NCBI GenBank assembly: GCA_040285745.1
Contig: JAUFOR010000001.1
Coordinates: 62,001-126,000 of the forward strand
DNA: 64,000 bases
Source: Barthelona sp. PCE
Lineage: Eukaryota
Direction of reading: 5' to 3'
Every line of letters starts with the position of its first letter. Positions within the stretch are counted from its first letter, which is position 1. Under the pieces are notes generated by a model. The model was not told where the DNA came from. It saw nothing but the letters and a program-made list of their open reading frames with translations, and made no database searches. The translations under genes were made by a program, and so were the position numbers. Below are positions 60,818 through 64,000 of the stretch, piece by piece.

Positions 60818-62698
60818 ATGCTTTTACAACCTCTTTTCAAACCTTCATCCACTTTTTTGTGGCAATTTTTGATTCCAAGGCCAGATAAAAATTCACATTC
60901 GGAGCATTTTTCGTTCCATAAATTTGGGGACATTATAATTGTGCAGAGCAATGATGGTTTGCACAATAAGCACAATTTCAAATGCATTTCGCGATCGGTT
61001 AGCACCAGTTCTGTTCTCCTACCACCATCTACCCTACCACCACTTCCTCTCAATTCGATTTTGGTGAAGGAGGATGTTGATATGCATATTGGGATGTTGG
61101 ACACTTCTCTCTTCTACCGCTGGAGGGCATACAAGGAAAACAACGACAGTGACTCCACAACAGTCGATTTTGAGTTTTTTATTTTTGAAGACCGTGAAAT
61201 GCGCAGTGTAGGGATCTATACTCATACATATCCTTTGGATGTAATGCACCGGGGCCGTCTTTTGAACAGGCGATACTGGATTTGTGCTTCATTCGCATTC
61301 TTGTTGGATCTGGAGCAGGATAAAGTTTTCAGGTTGGACGGAATCTCAGGGTGTTCAAGTGGTTTTGTTCATGAAGGAGCGCTCTATAAGTACAACATGT
61401 GGTACATGAGAGTTGAAGCCAAGTTAATATTATCAAGCGCACCTCATTTTTCTTCAGAGCATGCGTTGTACAGCAAAGAAATCCATGCTTTCGACGTCAC
61501 ACCTAGCGATTCCCGCTTCGTCATGGACTGTGATACTGATGAAATTAAGCAGAGAACGAGCATTGTTCGGTTCAACGGCTCTGTTTTCTCGAAGGAGTTT
61601 TCTCGCTATTTTCATGGACAAAATACTTTAAAAGATTGTGATATTGTTGCGCTCGGTGATGGAAAGATATATAGTTATATTCGTGGCAAGAGCGTACTTG
61701 TTCCGTTTATTTTAACCGAGGCAAAAGGATTTTTTACGGTCAACTCTACGAATCATTTGAATCAAATTGCCTTCGGAGAGGTGGATGAGAACAGTCGATT
61801 ACTTTGGGACTTTTATAGTAATAGATTGGAGGTATTTGAACCGTTTTTAGAAGGCTCCGTTTTGTTAGAGTCGGTAACGCGATGTTATGATAAAGACATG
61901 CAAAGATGGCGGGTGTGTACTGTCACAAATAGTGAAAATATGTTTTTTTTGTACATAGATGGAATCAATAAGAGCACACATCCTAGGTGTGAAGGAGATG
62001 CATCTATCTCATCCCCTACGTTCAATCATCGCATTGAAGCCTTTTGTCGTCGGAAAGGAAGTGAAAATGAGGTGATTATCGGTGGTAGCGTTGTTGCAAA
62101 TTGCAAACTGGGGAGATTTAAGCTGTGCCAAAATACGCTGTGGGTTCAAGACCATCAAATGATACAGTTTATTAGTTTTGATGAACATTGTAACATTAAG
62201 GATACGCAAAGCGTTGTTTTTAACGAAAGTGTAGTCTGCATATCATCTGTGAATGATTATGCACCCGAGGAAGCACTGATACGTACTCAGCTAGCCAACG
62301 GAGCACAGTTTTATTACCTGGTTCGGTACTGTGAGGATGATGATGATTTGGTGGTTATGGATATTGGTGTATTTTCCAATATTCCTTTCTTTTTTGGTCC
62401 TGGAGCTATATACGCGTACTGCAAGGAAGTGTATTGGTTCAATACATTGGGTGGCAAGACAACATTGAGCGTTCCAGAGTTTACGGAAGGTTATTTCTTT
62501 TCGCCTCGACCGAATGTAATAGTTTGGAGTACCAGCATATATTTAAAAGATTTCATGTATTCATTTTATATCACCACATTTAACAGCGACTGTGACGGAT
62601 ATGAATTGCTTGAAAGAAAGATTGATGTTTTAGAGTATCTGTCCAATTGTGAGGTTTCGATTTTTAGCGGTTTTTCATGCTTTGGGGTTTTCATGTAA
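60818..62698 (+). CDS. Lineage-specific beta-rich (propeller-like) family protein
   Basis: 626-aa ORF; the C-terminus FSPRPNVI...TFNSDCDGYELLERKIDVLEYL parallels 34124-35953. Confidence 0.8.
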   Translation: MLLQPLFKPSSTFLWQFLIPRPDKNSHSEHFSFHKFGDIIIVQSNDGLHNKHNFKCISRSVSTSSVLLPPSTLPPLPLNSILVKEDVDMHIGMLDTSLFYRWRAYKENNDSDSTTVDFEFFIFEDREMRSVGIYTHTYPLDVMHRGRLLNRRYWICASFAFLLDLEQDKVFRLDGISGCSSGFVHEGALYKYNMWYMRVEAKLILSSAPHFSSEHALYSKEIHAFDVTPSDSRFVMDCDTDEIKQRTSIVRFNGSVFSKEFSRYFHGQNTLKDCDIVALGDGKIYSYIRGKSVLVPFILTEAKGFFTVNSTNHLNQIAFGEVDENSRLLWDFYSNRLEVFEPFLEGSVLLESVTRCYDKDMQRWRVCTVTNSENMFFLYIDGINKSTHPRCEGDASISSPTFNHRIEAFCRRKGSENEVIIGGSVVANCKLGRFKLCQNTLWVQDHQMIQFISFDEHCNIKDTQSVVFNESVVCISSVNDYAPEEALIRTQLANGAQFYYLVRYCEDDDDLVVMDIGVFSNIPFFFGPGAIYAYCKEVYWFNTLGGKTTLSVPEFTEGYFFSPRPNVIVWSTSIYLKDFMYSFYITTFNSDCDGYELLERKIDVLEYLSNCEVSIFSGFSCFGVFM

Positions 62699-62840
62699 CC
62701 TCATCTCACAATATACAGTATAATAAAGTATGATATTATATAGTTTTCATTGTCTTTCGTGCTGTTTTGCACTTTTTGAAGCTTATCACACTTCAGTTTT
62801 TTAGTATTTGAACCCTCTTAGTCATTTGAAAACTGATAAA

Positions 62841-64000
62841 ATGAATGTTAAAGCAAACAAAAATATTCATAGAGAACTGCTCATAAAAGACGTTGAATTT
62901 CAACCTGAGATTGAACCAGATCACCAAAAAGCAGAAGGATGGAGCTATTTTAATGATGTTTTAGGTTCTCCACGAACAATTCTTGCACCAATGGTTAGTA
63001 AGTCTGATACATCATGGCGTTTTCTGATGAGAAAGCTTGGAAGTGCAGACCTGTCATTTACTCCAATGATTAGCGTCAATGCTGCATCCAGCGGGTTTGA
63101 TGCGCATGGATTGGAAAAGTTCTTTACGCGCAGTCATCATTTTTGTGGCAGTCAGCCTACAACACTGAGCAGAGAGGACGCAGATACCCCTGTCGTTATC
63201 CAGCTTGCAGGGAACGATCCAGCAGAGTTTGTTAATACGGCGAATGTGATTGCAGAAGCCGGATTGTGCGATGGTTTCGATATCAACTTTGGCTGCCCAC
63301 AAAGATGTGCGCAAAGGCATCGAAAGGGAGGTGGGATCGCCGGATATGGGTCTATCCTTATGAATAATTGGCAGTTGTGTTACAATATTGTCAGGGCCAT
63401 GCACATTAAGTGCAAACTTCCAGTTTCAGTTAAGATACGTCTGCTTGATGAAGATGAGGACACAATAGCGTTTGTTGACGCGATGATAAAGGGAGGAGCG
63501 CAGATGGTGACGGTTCACTGTCGTCCTCAGTTCAATCGATGCAACGATTCTGTACCAAGGCTGGATATCATGAAAACATTAGTTGAGAGATACCCTTCAG
63601 TTCCGTTTGTGTACAACGGCGGTATAGGCTCCCATTATACTCCGGAGTATGCGTTGGAACACACTGGTGCTGCAGCCGTGATGGTGGGAAAGCTGTTTGT
63701 CTTTCGACCTCAGCACTTTGTTGTGGGCAACGATGGGTACTCCCCCCAACAATTGCTCAACATTGCTGTTGAATACTACAATATGTGTGTCTCGAAGCAC
63801 GTTGTCATCCGACCACTGATGCGAGAGTTCAGGTTGCACTTTATTGACTTGCTGAGCTCTGTTTTTCTGCCCAGGTACTGGACAAAGATAGGCGTTGAGT
63901 GCCCGTTTGAGCTCTGGGATAACGGAAAACAAATGATGATGCGACTTTCAAAGTCATTAACGAACGTTGAGATTGAGGAAATACTAGAGGAGGTGATTTC
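62841..64000 (+). CDS. DUS1: tRNA-dihydrouridine synthase, DUS1-like (runs off window)
   Basis: Manual translation from ATG 62841: LGSPRTILAPMV, FTPMI, PVVIQLAGNDP, DINFGCPQ (catalytic Cys), PVSVKIR; not in the ORF track. Confidence 0.9.
   Translation, partial: MNVKANKNIHRELLIKDVEFQPEIEPDHQKAEGWSYFNDVLGSPRTILAPMVSKSDTSWRFLMRKLGSADLSFTPMISVNAASSGFDAHGLEKFFTRSHHFCGSQPTTLSREDADTPVVIQLAGNDPAEFVNTANVIAEAGLCDGFDINFGCPQRCAQRHRKGGGIAGYGSILMNNWQLCYNIVRAMHIKCKLPVSVKIRLLDEDEDTIAFVDAMIKGGAQMVTVHCRPQFNRCNDSVPRLDIMKTLVERYPSVPFVYNGGIGSHYTPEYALEHTGAAAVMVGKLFVFRPQHFVVGNDGYSPQQLLNIAVEYYNMCVSKHVVIRPLMREFRLHFIDLLSSVFLPRYWTKIGVECPFELWDNGKQMMMRLSKSLTNVEIEEILEEVI

Noticed and set aside
892-63932. Numerous 60-240 aa ORFs nested antisense or off-frame within long genes (e.g. 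17736-18446, 25876-26523, 29021-29683, 45100-45657, 49212-49892)
   Set aside because: Shadow ORFs of real genes: Ser/Phe/Leu-rich mirrors of Glu/Lys-rich sequence, often with non-ATG starts and no motifs.
1-64000. Alternative genetic code or selenocysteine read-through
   Set aside because: Conserved genes end at expected positions with TAA, TAG or TGA and contain no in-frame stops.

Overview
Gene-dense eukaryotic nuclear DNA. It uses the standard genetic code (TAA, TAG and TGA all end genes), is almost intron-free, and has spacers that are often only 8-200 bp, with AATAAA close to many stop codons. Flagellar/centrosomal genes (ODA docking-complex CCDC63/114-like, CSPP1-like, FAM184-like) and an intron with the branch point fused to the 3' splice site suggest a flagellated, intron-poor protist, plausibly a free-living metamonad (inference only). 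About 30 CDS are supportable. Recognisable ones include NOG2, GTP-PEPCK, PIG-W, WDR26, a MOCOS-like PLP enzyme, DUS1, ZNHIT3, MPP6, and DENN, bromodomain and F-box/LRR proteins. More tentative calls are SKA1-like, PAXX/XLF-like and Elongin-C-like genes. Two edge-truncated genes are missing from the ORF track: a pseudokinase-containing protein (<1-2422) and DUS1 (62841->64000). An AT-richer accessory segment (~33-41.5 kb) holds members of a lineage-specific beta-rich protein family, tRNA-Lys(CTT) and an A-B-B-A-B repeat. Directly behind the tRNA is a ~290-nt element with RNase MRP/RNase P RNA architecture, the most notable non-coding signal. No CRISPR array, prophage or transposase was seen. 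All homology calls come from visual motif recognition, not database searches.
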